Shown here piece by piece: positions 9,885 through 20,173 of a stretch of 54,389 nucleotides of DNA. Source of the DNA: a virus (lineage: Duplodnaviria > Caudoviricetes); IMG/VR virus record IMGVR_UViG_3300021478_000036, positions 1 through 54,389 of that record; one strand, written 5' to 3'. The position numbers were made by a program, and so were the translations under genes. Position 1 is the stretch's first letter. Each line of letters opens with the position of its first letter. The notes under the pieces were generated by a model, which was not told where the DNA came from, ran no database searches, and was given only the letters and a program-made list of their open reading frames with translations.

Positions 9885-10609
9885 ACCGCCTTATGCTTGA
9901 ATGGGGTGCCGAAGTTTTGCGGGAACATCCATCTCTGACTACCATAAACAAACAAATGTCTATTCTCAGTACGAGCTAACCCAACCCCTTCATGAAACTT
10001 ACGCATATTATACTCAGCCATTTTTGGAGAACTGTATGGCTTATTAGGCGATAACATCAATTTACCAGACATACCATGAGCTATATACTCAAAATATTTC
10101 TCAATGATCCAATCGGGCATTTCAGTCGGTAAACCCTTACCATCAACTGGATCAGCAATGGAAAGAGATACTAATGCTACCCACACGTCATTAGTGCCGG
10201 GGTTCCAGAAAATACGTAGAATAGGGTTCTTTACACCAGCAGTTAATAACCCACCATCTCTTGGAGCGCGTGGAAATGGGTTACTAGTTTGAGCGCCCGG
10301 TACAATTGATGCGTACTTTATAAACTGCGGAGGACAACCCGGAATATATTCAATTGGATCACTCGGGAGATTCTGTGGTTTATCCAACGACATAAGTCGT
10401 ATAACGTCAGCATTCTGACATGTATTGATCACATAATCGTTAGTATCTCCTGATATATAAATCGGCACCTCAAACAACCAAATATTTGTACGGCGAAAGA
10501 ACTCACGCAATGTATTAAATAACAACTTACGTAAGATACCATCCATTACGCCCGGACAATCCATGCGTACCGTATCTAACAATCTAACTAAGCTTGTTGA
10601 TACACTCAT
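9881..10609 (-). CDS. Putative head-tail adaptor protein
   Basis: LREFFRRTNIW and IAHG..GKLMLSPNKPYSSP motifs; two genes downstream of the capsid gene. Confidence 0.6.
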   Translation of the reverse strand: MSVSTSLVRLLDTVRMDCPGVMDGILRKLLFNTLREFFRRTNIWLFEVPIYISGDTNDYVINTCQNADVIRLMSLDKPQNLPSDPIEYIPGCPPQFIKYASIVPGAQTSNPFPRAPRDGGLLTAGVKNPILRIFWNPGTNDVWVALVSLSIADPVDGKGLPTEMPDWIIEKYFEYIAHGMSGKLMLSPNKPYSSPKMAEYNMRKFHEGVGLARTENRHLFVYGSQRWMFPQNFGTPFKHKAV

Positions 10610-11037
10610 GATGCTGCCTGTGTCATTCGTTGCATGAACTTAGTTAAGAATGCTACACCTCTCTGGTCTTCTGTATCGTCAACATCTAAGAACTGTAAGT
10701 GAGCGCCCATATACCATAATATAGGATCATTGTACCTTGATGGTATTGGAACTAATGGCCCATCAGAAGGAACATAGTTATCACTACCATCAAACACAAT
10801 GTCAGAACTAGTGTAATAACCCGATATAAAACCATCATCTAAATCGTTTGGTTGGATCTTCTGTTGGTACTTTAAATCTAAAAATATATCAGGACGTATA
10901 CGCTGTGTTTCCTCAAGCGCAACATTTAGAGCATCAACAATCTGGTCATCAGTGTACCGATATGGCAGTACTCTATCCTGCATCCTGTTTCTAGCAGAAA
11001 CAACATATGCAGTGACTGTGTTGTATAACTGGGCCAC
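10606..11037 (-). CDS. Putative head-tail connector protein
   Basis: ARNRMQD...RYTDDQIVDALN.ALEE..RIRPD motif, immediately downstream of the capsid gene. Confidence 0.6.
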   Translation of the reverse strand: MAQLYNTVTAYVVSARNRMQDRVLPYRYTDDQIVDALNVALEETQRIRPDIFLDLKYQQKIQPNDLDDGFISGYYTSSDIVFDGSDNYVPSDGPLVPIPSRYNDPILWYMGAHLQFLDVDDTEDQRGVAFLTKFMQRMTQAAS

Positions 11038-11059
11038 AGGTCACTATCCTTAGTGAGAA

Positions 11060-11097
11060 GCGCTCCCGGTTAAGTATGCGGCTTAAACCGGGAGCGC
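11060..11097 (-). terminator. GC-rich hairpin downstream of major capsid gene (terminator or stability element)
   Basis: gcgctcccggtt...aaccgggagcgc inverted repeat; weak U tract. Confidence 0.6.
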
Positions 11098-11109
11098 CCA
11101 TCCACCATC

Positions 11110-12183
11110 TTACGATCCGACGACCTGAGACACCAAAGCTTGAGCTAGTGCCTCACTTTGTCCAACCGGGATGGAAGGATTACTTGCGAGAACTTGTCGG
11201 CCATACACTTGTAAGCCACGCAAAATCTGTCCGAATGTACGTTCCGAACGGATAGTCTCAACGTTAGTCAACTGTGACGCAAACGTTAAGGCATGAGCAT
11301 GACCAGCATAGATAGGCCACACACCAGCACTCAAGCCCGAACCAACGCTAGCATTGCCGGGGAGCAAGTTTGACCCGTAGATAGTGAAACGGTCAACCTG
11401 ACCAAATCGGCCATTACGGAGGATAGAGGTCTGATCTCCTGACACGAACACTTCACGCAATTCTGAACGCTTGAGTTGGAACGTTGCCCATGTAGGCATG
11501 ACAATCCAACGTCCCGTCTCAGGGATATTCTGCTCGTCAAGCACTTGACCAAGACGTAAGATAACGTCAATGATTTCAACTTGACCAGTAGTTGGATTGC
11601 GACCAACTGTATTGATAGGAGCCGCGTTCGTTCCAAGATTAACGTTAGCTGAGATAGCTCCTGCCGTCGCACCGCAATTAGCACCAGCGGTAGGGGTAGT
11701 AGGAGTACCGCCGGGACCAAGATACGCTTTATTGAGGATATACAACAAGACATCAGTATCAACTGCAATCTTCATTTGTTCCGAAGCATCATCGGCCCAA
11801 ATAGAAAGATTGTTGATGTCTGATTGCTTTTCGATCACATCGTCAAGGATGGTCGAGAAATATTTGCCTTGGTCGATGTATAATTCAGTGAAGTTACCAA
11901 CAGGACGCTGAAGCGACAGATCGCCATTGACTAGATAGTTATTAATGACAATCGTCGGCTTTTGACGAATTTTAACGCGGTCGCCGTAACTCTTGATTTC
12001 GCCTTCGTAGTCGGTATTGCTGATTGCCGCCAACACCGTCGCGGCATAGAACTTTTCAATCAGCTTACCTGACCATAACTCCGGTACGAAACCAGCAGCT
12101 ACATAGTCAGTACTAGTGGTAGACGAACCACCAGGTGCATAGATTACAGGGGTTGTGCCGGAACCGGCAAGACCTAGTGCCAT
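11110..12183 (-). CDS. Major capsid protein (HK97 fold)
   Basis: FVPELWSGKLIEKFY...NTDYEGEIKSYGDRVKI, LDEQNIPETGRWIVMP, RGLQVYG; follows the scaffold gene. Confidence 0.9.
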   Translation of the reverse strand: MALGLAGSGTTPVIYAPGGSSTTSTDYVAAGFVPELWSGKLIEKFYAATVLAAISNTDYEGEIKSYGDRVKIRQKPTIVINNYLVNGDLSLQRPVGNFTELYIDQGKYFSTILDDVIEKQSDINNLSIWADDASEQMKIAVDTDVLLYILNKAYLGPGGTPTTPTAGANCGATAGAISANVNLGTNAAPINTVGRNPTTGQVEIIDVILRLGQVLDEQNIPETGRWIVMPTWATFQLKRSELREVFVSGDQTSILRNGRFGQVDRFTIYGSNLLPGNASVGSGLSAGVWPIYAGHAHALTFASQLTNVETIRSERTFGQILRGLQVYGRQVLASNPSIPVGQSEALAQALVSQVVGS

Positions 12184-12220
12184 TTGAATGCCTCATTACG
12201 TCAGGTGTTAATGACTAACA

Positions 12221-13288
12221 CTAACGAATGCGACCCTCTCTGGCAGCTTGAAATAGCTGTGCCTCAAGAGCCGCCTTGTCAGCGTCACGGCCCGTATACA
12301 TACCCTTGGTAACATCAGCATAAAATTTAGTGATGTCATCACGGGTAATATACGGTTGATCAGGGGGCGTAACTGGCTGCCCTGATTTTGCCCGACCCGG
12401 CGCTGCAAGGCTTTGTAGTTCAAACTGTGGGGGTGGTGAACGGTCTACACCATTACCATTGCCCGCAGTTGGTTGCAAATTCCCAGCAGGGTTAACGGCG
12501 GCTCTCTCTTGTCTATACCCCTTTATGATGTTAAGGACACGGGAAGCTTCATTATTCCGGTGTGCTTCAGCTAAGAGGTCTTTACGCACTCGACCTGAGA
12601 ATGGATCTACATTCGCAAGCCAACCAACGAACTCTTGGTCATGATTGGTTACTTCCCAATCAGGTAATTCACGATCTAGAGTATCGTAAAAACGCCCAGT
12701 AGCATCTTGGGTGACAACATTACGGACGCCACCTACAGTCTGCTTGAGCTGTGCATTCTCTTGCATCAATTGATTAACAGCTTGACTAAGTTTTGCAATC
12801 TCAGGACCAACAATCTCCATAGTCCTTCGACCCATTATATCAAGTACTTCGTTACCGTACTCCTGTCGTTCTGTATCAGAAATAAGCTTAGGCTGAACAA
12901 CTGGTTGATGAACTGGCTGACCACCACCAAATCTTGTATCACTTGATGGACCAAATTGAGAAGGGGCAGGTGGTGCGGCAGGAGGGCCAGCAGACATAGC
13001 AAGCAATCGTTGTAGCTCAGAAATTTGTTGTGACTGCTGTCTAGTTCGAGCTTCAGCGGCATCATACCGCCCTTTCATAGAATTAAATCTGTGTTCCCAA
13101 CCGGGGTCTGACGGTGGACCTTCGGAAATGTCACTAACGTTAGTGACCGAGGCCGCACCATTTCCTCTTGAACCGGGGGGCGGCGGGGGTCTAAGTGTAG
13201 CAGCAATCTCATTAGCCCGAGCGGCCGCATCCTGCACTTGTTGAGGTATTCTTACATTCGGGTCTGGATGGTTTGATTGATCGTTCAC
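12221..13288 (-). CDS. Capsid scaffolding protein
   Basis: Coiled coil WEHRFNSMKGRYDA, LPDWEVTNHDQEFVGWL, C-terminal AAREGRIR; directly upstream of the capsid gene. Confidence 0.7.
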   Translation of the reverse strand: MNDQSNHPDPNVRIPQQVQDAAARANEIAATLRPPPPPGSRGNGAASVTNVSDISEGPPSDPGWEHRFNSMKGRYDAAEARTRQQSQQISELQRLLAMSAGPPAAPPAPSQFGPSSDTRFGGGQPVHQPVVQPKLISDTERQEYGNEVLDIMGRRTMEIVGPEIAKLSQAVNQLMQENAQLKQTVGGVRNVVTQDATGRFYDTLDRELPDWEVTNHDQEFVGWLANVDPFSGRVRKDLLAEAHRNNEASRVLNIIKGYRQERAAVNPAGNLQPTAGNGNGVDRSPPPQFELQSLAAPGRAKSGQPVTPPDQPYITRDDITKFYADVTKGMYTGRDADKAALEAQLFQAAREGRIR

Positions 13289-13569
13289 GGTTGCGTACCT
13301 TGTTTGTTGGTCTTCTCCTTGTCCATCTTTCTTATAGCATCGTCAATATTTCTAACTTCGTCCCTGAACTCCCGCATATGTCTGACCATGCCAATAGCCA
13401 AAAGTGCTTCATTAGTAGGAACGCTTGTAATCACTCGTTCCATTTGATCTTGTGTATAAGCACTTAAAGCTTCCACAAATTTCATCCATACATCAGGGTG
13501 AGTAGTTTTAGAAACTGTATATAATGTCCTTAGATATGTTTCTCGTGGGTTCATAAACCCCCCGGCCAC
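13285..13569 (-). CDS. Hypothetical protein (head module)
   Basis: 94 aa, overlaps neighbours in the operon. Confidence 0.65.
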   Translation of the reverse strand: MAGGFMNPRETYLRTLYTVSKTTHPDVWMKFVEALSAYTQDQMERVITSVPTNEALLAIGMVRHMREFRDEVRNIDDAIRKMDKEKTNKQGTQP

Positions 13570-13868
13570 TTAGCTACGATACGAGGTTGAGAAGTGTTCT
13601 CCCTTGCCGCTCCAGTAGTTTCAATACGCTCAAGTGTTTGACCAATAGTATAATCTGGATTTCCTTTATTCTTCTCGTAAGCAGCATGTTTGTCTTTGCA
13701 GTACTGCTGGTTTACCAACCTTTGCTCGCGAGAACCGCCAGTAATAGTAGTAAAACCCCACAAACCATTAAGCTGTTCTCGTTTATTACCGGGACCATAC
13801 TCATGAATACCAATATCGGTATCACCCCATGCCTTTGCATCTTTTGTTTGTTCTGATTTTTTATCCAT
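13551..13868 (-). CDS. Hypothetical protein
   Basis: 105 aa with AAGGAG RBS. Confidence 0.65.
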   Translation of the reverse strand: MDKKSEQTKDAKAWGDTDIGIHEYGPGNKREQLNGLWGFTTITGGSREQRLVNQQYCKDKHAAYEKNKGNPDYTIGQTLERIETTGAARENTSQPRIVAKWPGGL

Positions 13869-13885
13869 CTCATTCTCCTTTGCTT

Positions 13886-15019
13886 TTATGGAAGAATTGG
13901 TTTGCCATTAGTATCTGGCGGACCACTATAAAAAGGATGATTAGTCGGAAGATTACCTTCTAACCCCCACTTCCACGCCAGATAACCCTCAAGCTTCTGA
14001 CGGTCAGCGTCGGCAATTAAGGCACAGAGAACAACCTCACTGACATTCCCTGTAGCGAACTGACCAAATCCCCCCAAATATTGCAGCCCGCATAAGGCAC
14101 AATAAGCAGGCTTAGATCCATAATGAGCTGGGATATCATTCGAAGTAGGAAGGGTACTCCATAACGATCCATTAGAATAATCATTATATTGATTTGTCGA
14201 TAATACATACGTCAGCCCGAAAAGCTCTGGAACGCCAGCCCTTTCAAACCCGTTTGTCCCTAAATCATACGTTTGACTATCGCCACCGCCAAACATAGTT
14301 ATAGAACTATATATAGAGTACGGGTTAGCGTAACCACTCCCATCCATTCCACTTAACTTGACAATACCCCACTGGTTGCTTGTCGGCATGTTGGAAATAG
14401 TCGCGATTGAAATCCCTTCACTAAACAAACCAGCAGGCATGTCGATAGACAGAATTTGAGAGCCGCCAAAAATCATTGTTGGCTTACCATTCAACCCTGT
14501 CGCGTTGTAAGTCGGCTGCATACCTGCCGTCGCCAGTACGTTGTGACCATGCCCGCTCTGATCGTTCCACTGCGCCACGGTCGGGCCGTTTAGGATGATC
14601 GAAGCCGTATTTTGCGCGTCATACCATGCAACAAGATTGGGTAGAGAAGTAGGGGTCCACGGAGGAGCAATATTAATACTAGCTGCACCTATATCATTTA
14701 TTGCAGTAACATATTCATTTAATACTGAAGTATATGCGCTACGACCTATATGATCATAAGAATTTGGATCAGCAACAGTAGTGACATTAACTGCTTGCTT
14801 AAACTGCACAATATAATCTCTTAGCTGACGTAACCAATCAGTCATATTATCTTCACTATCTACCATATTAGCACGAGTAGGCGTAGGAACATTTTTTGGT
14901 GGTATGTTAGAATATGTTATCCAAGCTCGAAAATAATTAAAAGTCTTCATAAATGCCATTTGATGGTTACGATAATCAATCGAAACAAAAAGTGGCATGG
15001 AAGTGGGAGCGTCAGCCAT
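13886..15019 (-). CDS. Putative head decoration/fibre protein with LamG-like C-terminal domain
   Basis: WTPTSLPNLVAWYDA...VAQWNDQSGHG...KLEGYLAWKWGL...LPTNHPF is a common phage concanavalin-like module. Confidence 0.65.
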   Translation of the reverse strand: MADAPTSMPLFVSIDYRNHQMAFMKTFNYFRAWITYSNIPPKNVPTPTRANMVDSEDNMTDWLRQLRDYIVQFKQAVNVTTVADPNSYDHIGRSAYTSVLNEYVTAINDIGAASINIAPPWTPTSLPNLVAWYDAQNTASIILNGPTVAQWNDQSGHGHNVLATAGMQPTYNATGLNGKPTMIFGGSQILSIDMPAGLFSEGISIATISNMPTSNQWGIVKLSGMDGSGYANPYSIYSSITMFGGGDSQTYDLGTNGFERAGVPELFGLTYVLSTNQYNDYSNGSLWSTLPTSNDIPAHYGSKPAYCALCGLQYLGGFGQFATGNVSEVVLCALIADADRQKLEGYLAWKWGLEGNLPTNHPFYSGPPDTNGKPILP

Positions 15020-15377
15020 TCAACACTCCTATAATTCTATTAATTGTTTCAGTAATCCTTTTACATACAGGAACAAATGCATGATAATCCATACTAGAAC
15101 CTATTTGCGGTATAGGTTCAACATCGAACTCCTTTTGAAATATAATAAGATTTATAGCTTGAATGCATGGCCGAAGGAATGTCATCGGCATACGTTCATC
15201 ACAATTACCTTGAGCTGGCACTTTAACAGGTGGAGCTTCAAGTCCAAACGCAAACTCAATAAGCTCATTAATTTTATTACAAATACCCGCCACTATCTCT
15301 GTGCGCGCAGAGATACCGCAATCACTATGGATAGTGATCTCAAGTGGTGGTGGGAAATTGCGTTCCCAAATACTCAT
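15012..15377 (-). CDS. Hypothetical structural protein
   Basis: 121 aa; shares S[MLI]DY..F and [AT][VI]N.I motifs with both neighbours. Confidence 0.6.
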   Translation of the reverse strand: MSIWERNFPPPLEITIHSDCGISARTEIVAGICNKINELIEFAFGLEAPPVKVPAQGNCDERMPMTFLRPCIQAINLIIFQKEFDVEPIPQIGSSMDYHAFVPVCKRITETINRIIGVLNG

Positions 15378-15901
15378 GGCACCACTATGTAATTACTCTG
15401 TGACGGAGTACTCGCACCCGCCGCAGTGGTTGCAACAACAAGACAACTCAACTCATGTCCACCTTGATCAGCAGCAACAATGGTATGAGTTGCTGTAGTT
15501 TGACCAGCAATATTCGCATTGTCACGCTGCCACTGATAAGTAAATGTAGCACCAGAAGCATTCAACCATATACCGTTTGTAACGCTCAGTATACTACCCA
15601 ACACTGGCGGAGTAGCATTACTACTAGCAAACGGCGGATTAACAATTTCCGGTCTTGCTGCACCTGCTGCTGCCGCTATAGCATTAACCGCTGTTACAAA
15701 TGAACCATAGTCCAAACTACTTAACAACGGCAATGAGAGTGCAGCCCGACAATAGTTGATATACTTCAAATATACGCGCGGGCTATTTGCTGCACTCTGA
15801 TCAGGCACTTGATTAACAGGCAAGCCAAGATCCTCGCATATCGCACGGATAGTAGCCAACCGACTACCAAAGTCAATTCTAGGACGAGCTGCGAGGGCCA
15901 T
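15374..15901 (-). CDS. Putative decoration protein with C-terminal Ig-like domain
   Basis: GSILSVTNGIW...TFTYQWQRD...IAGQT..THTIVAADQGG.LSCLVVATT is an Ig-like pattern. Confidence 0.65.
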   Translation of the reverse strand: MALAARPRIDFGSRLATIRAICEDLGLPVNQVPDQSAANSPRVYLKYINYCRAALSLPLLSSLDYGSFVTAVNAIAAAAGAARPEIVNPPFASSNATPPVLGSILSVTNGIWLNASGATFTYQWQRDNANIAGQTTATHTIVAADQGGHELSCLVVATTAAGASTPSQSNYIVVP

Positions 15902-15906
15902 GAGAG

Positions 15907-16185
15907 TTAACCTTCCTGAGATTCTTTCCCGCTTATGAATGGGACTTTCTTACCAGCATGTCCCTTGCCAAACATATGGCCTGAGCCACCTTCAGCATAG
16001 CGAACGTCTTTACCATAAGAGCCTTCACCCTTACGTTCAGCCTTCTCGCCCGAAGCACCACCATTATCGGTTTTACCCGATTGGCCCGGAATAACTTCAT
16101 GTGCAGTACCACGACCAAACATAGAAGTTTTACCACCCTGAGCAAAGAAGTCAGGACGGTCTGATTGTTTATCCACTCGACCCAT
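15907..16185 (-). CDS. Small Gly/Lys-rich protein with two [FY]A-x-GG...MFG-x-G repeats
   Basis: FAQGGKTSMFGRG and YAEGGSGHMFGKG; AGGAG RBS. Confidence 0.7.
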   Translation of the reverse strand: MGRVDKQSDRPDFFAQGGKTSMFGRGTAHEVIPGQSGKTDNGGASGEKAERKGEGSYGKDVRYAEGGSGHMFGKGHAGKKVPFISGKESQEG

Positions 16186-16194
16186 TGCAATCTC

Positions 16195-16467
16195 CTAGCA
16201 GTTGTCTCGACCAGCACGAACGCGGCCTTTAACATCGCCACCCTTCTCATATCCAACAGGACCACCTAGAGCGTGCTTTTTAACGGCACCGCCCTTCTTT
16301 ACACCCAATGGACCCGGTGATGGTCCTGAAGGACCGGGACCGCCCAAACCACCGGGAGGCCCCATAGGAGCAGAAGCCATAGGTGTAGAAGGCCCGCTAG
16401 GTTTCTTTCCGATGCCGCCCATTGACATTGCGCCTGGGCCTTTACCACCACCTTTTTTCCTTGCCAT
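16195..16467 (-). CDS. Small basic Gly/Pro-rich protein with GG-x-V repeats
   Basis: Start moved to MARKKGG (AAGGAG RBS at about 16475-16480); KKGGAV, ALGGPV and EKGGDV. Confidence 0.65.
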   Translation of the reverse strand: MARKKGGGKGPGAMSMGGIGKKPSGPSTPMASAPMGPPGGLGGPGPSGPSPGPLGVKKGGAVKKHALGGPVGYEKGGDVKGRVRAGRDNC

Positions 16468-16513
16468 CGTATCACTCCTTTGCTTCGCTCCGAAGGTCAC
16501 TAACGTTAGTGAG

Positions 16514-18865
16514 TTACCCCACCCCTCCTGCGACTGCTCCAACGTTGTTAGTCATTGGGCCTTGTTGGTTGTTAGTTGGCGGACCAGCTTGACTACCTTG
16601 GGCTTGTGCCCCCGGTGATGGTTGTTCTGGCGGGCTTTGAGCGTGGCCCGGAATACCTTGGCTTGCCGCCATAGCAGCTGCGGCTTTCTGTTGGGCTTCA
16701 AGCTGTTCCTCTGTAGGAACAATGTTCTCCCCCGGTAAACCAATTTTATCCGCCACACTCCTAAGTACCTGCGCCCTTCCTTTCGGTCCAATGATCTGCA
16801 TATCAATCGGATTAGCTGTAAGCTGTAGAAACTCAAGCTGACGGGAACGCTCAGTCTCTCGCTGTATGGCGGTAGCAACTCCAAGAACTCTAGCTTTTTC
16901 GTCACCTGTGAGTATACCCGACTTATCAAACATCATAATCATATCAAAAAGCCCATCTAGAACTTCAGATATGACATCGCGATCTATGTTAGAACAAACA
17001 GTCTGGAGTATCTTTGCAGAGTTCTGCATCAACATCGACAAACCAGATGCAGTACGCCCAACACCAGCACTAGGTGTGCCGGTCATAAATTTAGGTATGG
17101 CGCTTATCTCATCTGCTAATTGGGAGAACGCTTGGTAAACCGCAAGCAATTCCTGAGCGTTAGAAGCGGGATTAAAGAATGATATCGCAGGTTCGGTATT
17201 ATTGCCAAACGGATCAGATTTGACATGCCATCGCTTCCACGGGTATAGGTCTTCTCCATCCTCACCGTCTGATAGTCTATCATCATTAACAATTACTTGT
17301 GGTCCGCTAGCGATGGAAAGGTTATTGACAAGTGACCGGAGAGTAGCATTAGCAACGGTAGTAATATCAGTAAGAATGTCAGGCAAACCGTTACCAACAG
17401 GAGTACCAGGAACCTTTTCGAGTGAGGTGACATAGTATTGGTGTCGCTTACGTGGTGATGGTGTTAGTTGCGCTTTAATGACATGAGAACCAATCAACCA
17501 AGCCTGAACATGATAATCTCTAGATTTGTCTGTGATCTGGTTCGGTGGAAAACCTATATCAAGTAAATGACTACCTTGCACATTACCTTGGAACTGTAAA
17601 CAGCTAATCAATCCCGATTGGTTAAACCGAGGGTCTTCACGAGATTCAAGAATAGCTCGAGGTTGATCTGTCTGATCCCAAGTATCCACGAGACCACCAG
17701 ACCCGTACTCGTCAAGAACGGCACGCACTTCGTCTGTATTGAAGCCGGGCATATCAAGTAGATCGTTGATTTCTGCACGGGTAAGACGCATACGCTCAAT
17801 AACATTGGCGTTCGCTATGTCTGAGACACCGGGGGTCCAATAGATATCGAAAGGGGAAACACGCTCCCAACAAAGTATTGGTTTGTTTGTAACAACTGCT
17901 TGTTTAGGTCCACCAACCCTTGGTGCCGTTTGACCGGGAGAACCTGAAACTGTTTGACCTTGGAACTGACTAGGATCATTCGGATTGGGTGGCGCTCTAC
18001 TTAAAGCGGGAGGAGATGGACTAGGAGCTTGTATCCACTCTACACTTGTTTTAATACGGACGACCGGACCTTTAATAACTCCATAAGGAAACAAAGGTAA
18101 ATCAACTAAAAACTCTGCTAGTGCTGTAAAGAACCCACCTTCACTTAATATCTCTTGTATTTTATCTTCGGCGATTTTAGTTTGTTCGGCGCATTTTTTC
18201 TTAGCAGCATCTCTAGCAGCCGTCTCAAGTCCGAGTATTCTGTCGCGGATAGCATTTGCGTCAGGTATAGGTGGAGGAGAAGGTGGCTCAGGTGGTAGTG
18301 AGCTAGCCACCTGCTGTTGAGATTGTCCTGTTTGTTGTCCGTAGGCGTGAGCTTGCGAGACGGCATGGAAGTGAGCCGCAGTCTGCATAAGGGCTTGGTA
18401 GTGAGCCTGTGTGGCTTCCTGCAATTCAGAATGTACAAGAGTTTGAATAGATTGAATTATTTCATCTGGAATAGGCGGATCATCATCCGGCTCAAGACCC
18501 CAAGGACGTTCTGGGCCTAAGTATACATCGCGCAATAGTGAAGTAGTGCCCCTACACTTCATCGCTAACAATCTAGCATAAACTTCTGATCCTCCGAACT
18601 TCTTAATAGCTAATATCTGTTCTGGTTCATACTCTCCATTGAAAGCACGTAACGCACGCAACAATCTATAACTCCAACCGGAACTTGCTGTATCCCGGTG
18701 GCGACGCATAATAAGCCACTGATCCCATATATAACCGGATAGCCCAGTTAGATTTGGGGTTCTATTAGGAGGATATATTGCTTGAGCACGTTGAGCGGCA
18801 GCCTGATCAAACTGGGCAGCCGTCTCGTTTGTACCAACTACTCTGAATGGCACCAGAGGTGGCAT
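16514..18865 (-). CDS. Portal protein
   Basis: 783 aa; YGVIKGP, ERVSPFDIYW, GNGLPDIL...NATLRSLVNNLSIASGPQ and RTASGLSMLM are podovirus-type portal motifs; contains Pro/Gln-rich insertions. Confidence 0.85.
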   Translation of the reverse strand: MPPLVPFRVVGTNETAAQFDQAAAQRAQAIYPPNRTPNLTGLSGYIWDQWLIMRRHRDTASSGWSYRLLRALRAFNGEYEPEQILAIKKFGGSEVYARLLAMKCRGTTSLLRDVYLGPERPWGLEPDDDPPIPDEIIQSIQTLVHSELQEATQAHYQALMQTAAHFHAVSQAHAYGQQTGQSQQQVASSLPPEPPSPPPIPDANAIRDRILGLETAARDAAKKKCAEQTKIAEDKIQEILSEGGFFTALAEFLVDLPLFPYGVIKGPVVRIKTSVEWIQAPSPSPPALSRAPPNPNDPSQFQGQTVSGSPGQTAPRVGGPKQAVVTNKPILCWERVSPFDIYWTPGVSDIANANVIERMRLTRAEINDLLDMPGFNTDEVRAVLDEYGSGGLVDTWDQTDQPRAILESREDPRFNQSGLISCLQFQGNVQGSHLLDIGFPPNQITDKSRDYHVQAWLIGSHVIKAQLTPSPRKRHQYYVTSLEKVPGTPVGNGLPDILTDITTVANATLRSLVNNLSIASGPQVIVNDDRLSDGEDGEDLYPWKRWHVKSDPFGNNTEPAISFFNPASNAQELLAVYQAFSQLADEISAIPKFMTGTPSAGVGRTASGLSMLMQNSAKILQTVCSNIDRDVISEVLDGLFDMIMMFDKSGILTGDEKARVLGVATAIQRETERSRQLEFLQLTANPIDMQIIGPKGRAQVLRSVADKIGLPGENIVPTEEQLEAQQKAAAAMAASQGIPGHAQSPPEQPSPGAQAQGSQAGPPTNNQQGPMTNNVGAVAGGVG

Positions 18866-18912
18866 TAGCCGCCACTTTTTAAACTTTTAGTGGTGCCGCA
18901 TACTGGTTTTAC

Positions 18913-18947
18913 AGTTTACTCTCTTTGAAAATTAAGTCAATAGGATT
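18913..18947 (-). promoter_or_regulatory. Putative promoter upstream of portal
   Basis: Minus strand AATCCTA-TTGACT, 16 nt, TAAACT; shares the extended -35 of the early promoters. Confidence 0.5.
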
Positions 18948-18964
18948 TTAAAATAGTCGAAAAT

Positions 18965-19522
18965 TTATTTTTCTTCGCGCCCGAAAGTCGGTGGATCGGC
19001 CGGAACAAAGCGTCCAGAGGTGTAATTATCCTCGCGATCTGCCTCCCATTCACTCTCTTCAGGGTCGTGTTCAATAATTTTCTCACTATTTATAGTTACC
19101 GTTGGAAGCCCGGCACCGATGTTAATTTCAAGTCTGAAACTCTTATCAGCACCATGTATTGCATCGTGAGTGTCCAATTGGCCTATCTTACTTATAGCCT
19201 TGAATGCTTCAACACGGGCACTTAACGGTTCATTTGAGTCTGTCATTGACTCAAATATATAAGGCAAACCTTCTTCAATTGCCCACTGAGATTTGATCTT
19301 TACACGTTTAGCAGTATTAACTGCACCGTTCCACTCCACCATGATCTGGCGAAGTATACGTTGGAACGTAGGGTTATGAGTAATTAACTCATACCCTTCC
19401 TCTGTCAAGTTTAGAGACTTGAGCATGTTCTCTTTCGTTTGATACGCCTGCACAATTTCTTGTGCAAGCGCATGAAAGAGTTTTACCTGCTCATCATTAA
19501 GCGGAATCTTCACCTGCTTCAC
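18965..19522 (-). CDS. Hypothetical protein, possible terminase small subunit
   Basis: 185 aa, helical, with ARVEAFKAISKIG and FRLEINIG; size and location in the packaging module fit. Function is inferred. Confidence 0.4.
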   Translation of the reverse strand: MKQVKIPLNDEQVKLFHALAQEIVQAYQTKENMLKSLNLTEEGYELITHNPTFQRILRQIMVEWNGAVNTAKRVKIKSQWAIEEGLPYIFESMTDSNEPLSARVEAFKAISKIGQLDTHDAIHGADKSFRLEINIGAGLPTVTINSEKIIEHDPEESEWEADREDNYTSGRFVPADPPTFGREEK

Positions 19523-20069
19523 GGGCTTTCTTCCTTACAGCATCGTTAAGCGCACCCGTAATAGTGTTTGCCACGTAGTCTATTTCATCTGACGCTTGCA
19601 TTGCCTCATCTACAGTTGCCACACTACGAAGGTTCGGTTTTCCTTTCGGACCTAGTAGTGTTCCTGCCTCTTTATTTTCTCTATATCTACGATAGATAAA
19701 CCCCCAAGTATCTGGTTGTCTACCCACAAAATCAGAAAAATATTTAGTCCAATGACCATTATAAGGATCAATGAACCCAGTAAGTGTTTTAGGGTTAGTA
19801 CAATCCCAGAACCTATATCCACTCTCCCATATCTCTTTCATAATCGGGCCTAGTAAGAAATCATATTCTTCTACTATTGGGCCAGTAGTTTCTACATTCT
19901 CTTTTTTATTACCTTCCCAAAGACTATCAATAAAGTCACCCACATCGTCATATCCAGCGGCACCACAAGCATCAGTGATTTTACCTAGTAACTCAGCACG
20001 ACGCGCCTCCACCATAAGTCGGCGCATGATATTTAGAAACTCATGCTTTGTCATCTCACTCTCCCTCAT
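19497..20069 (-). CDS. Hypothetical protein
   Basis: 190-aa ORF in the operon orientation. Confidence 0.65.
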   Translation of the reverse strand: MRESEMTKHEFLNIMRRLMVEARRAELLGKITDACGAAGYDDVGDFIDSLWEGNKKENVETTGPIVEEYDFLLGPIMKEIWESGYRFWDCTNPKTLTGFIDPYNGHWTKYFSDFVGRQPDTWGFIYRRYRENKEAGTLLGPKGKPNLRSVATVDEAMQASDEIDYVANTITGALNDAVRKKAREAGEDSA

Positions 20070-20173
20070 GTTGTACTATCCTGCGTATGATCGCAAGTTT
20101 ATCACATACTTTAGTGTACTCTTCACACCACTCGTCACGCACCTTCTGACATTTACGTAATAGCTTCTTTAGC

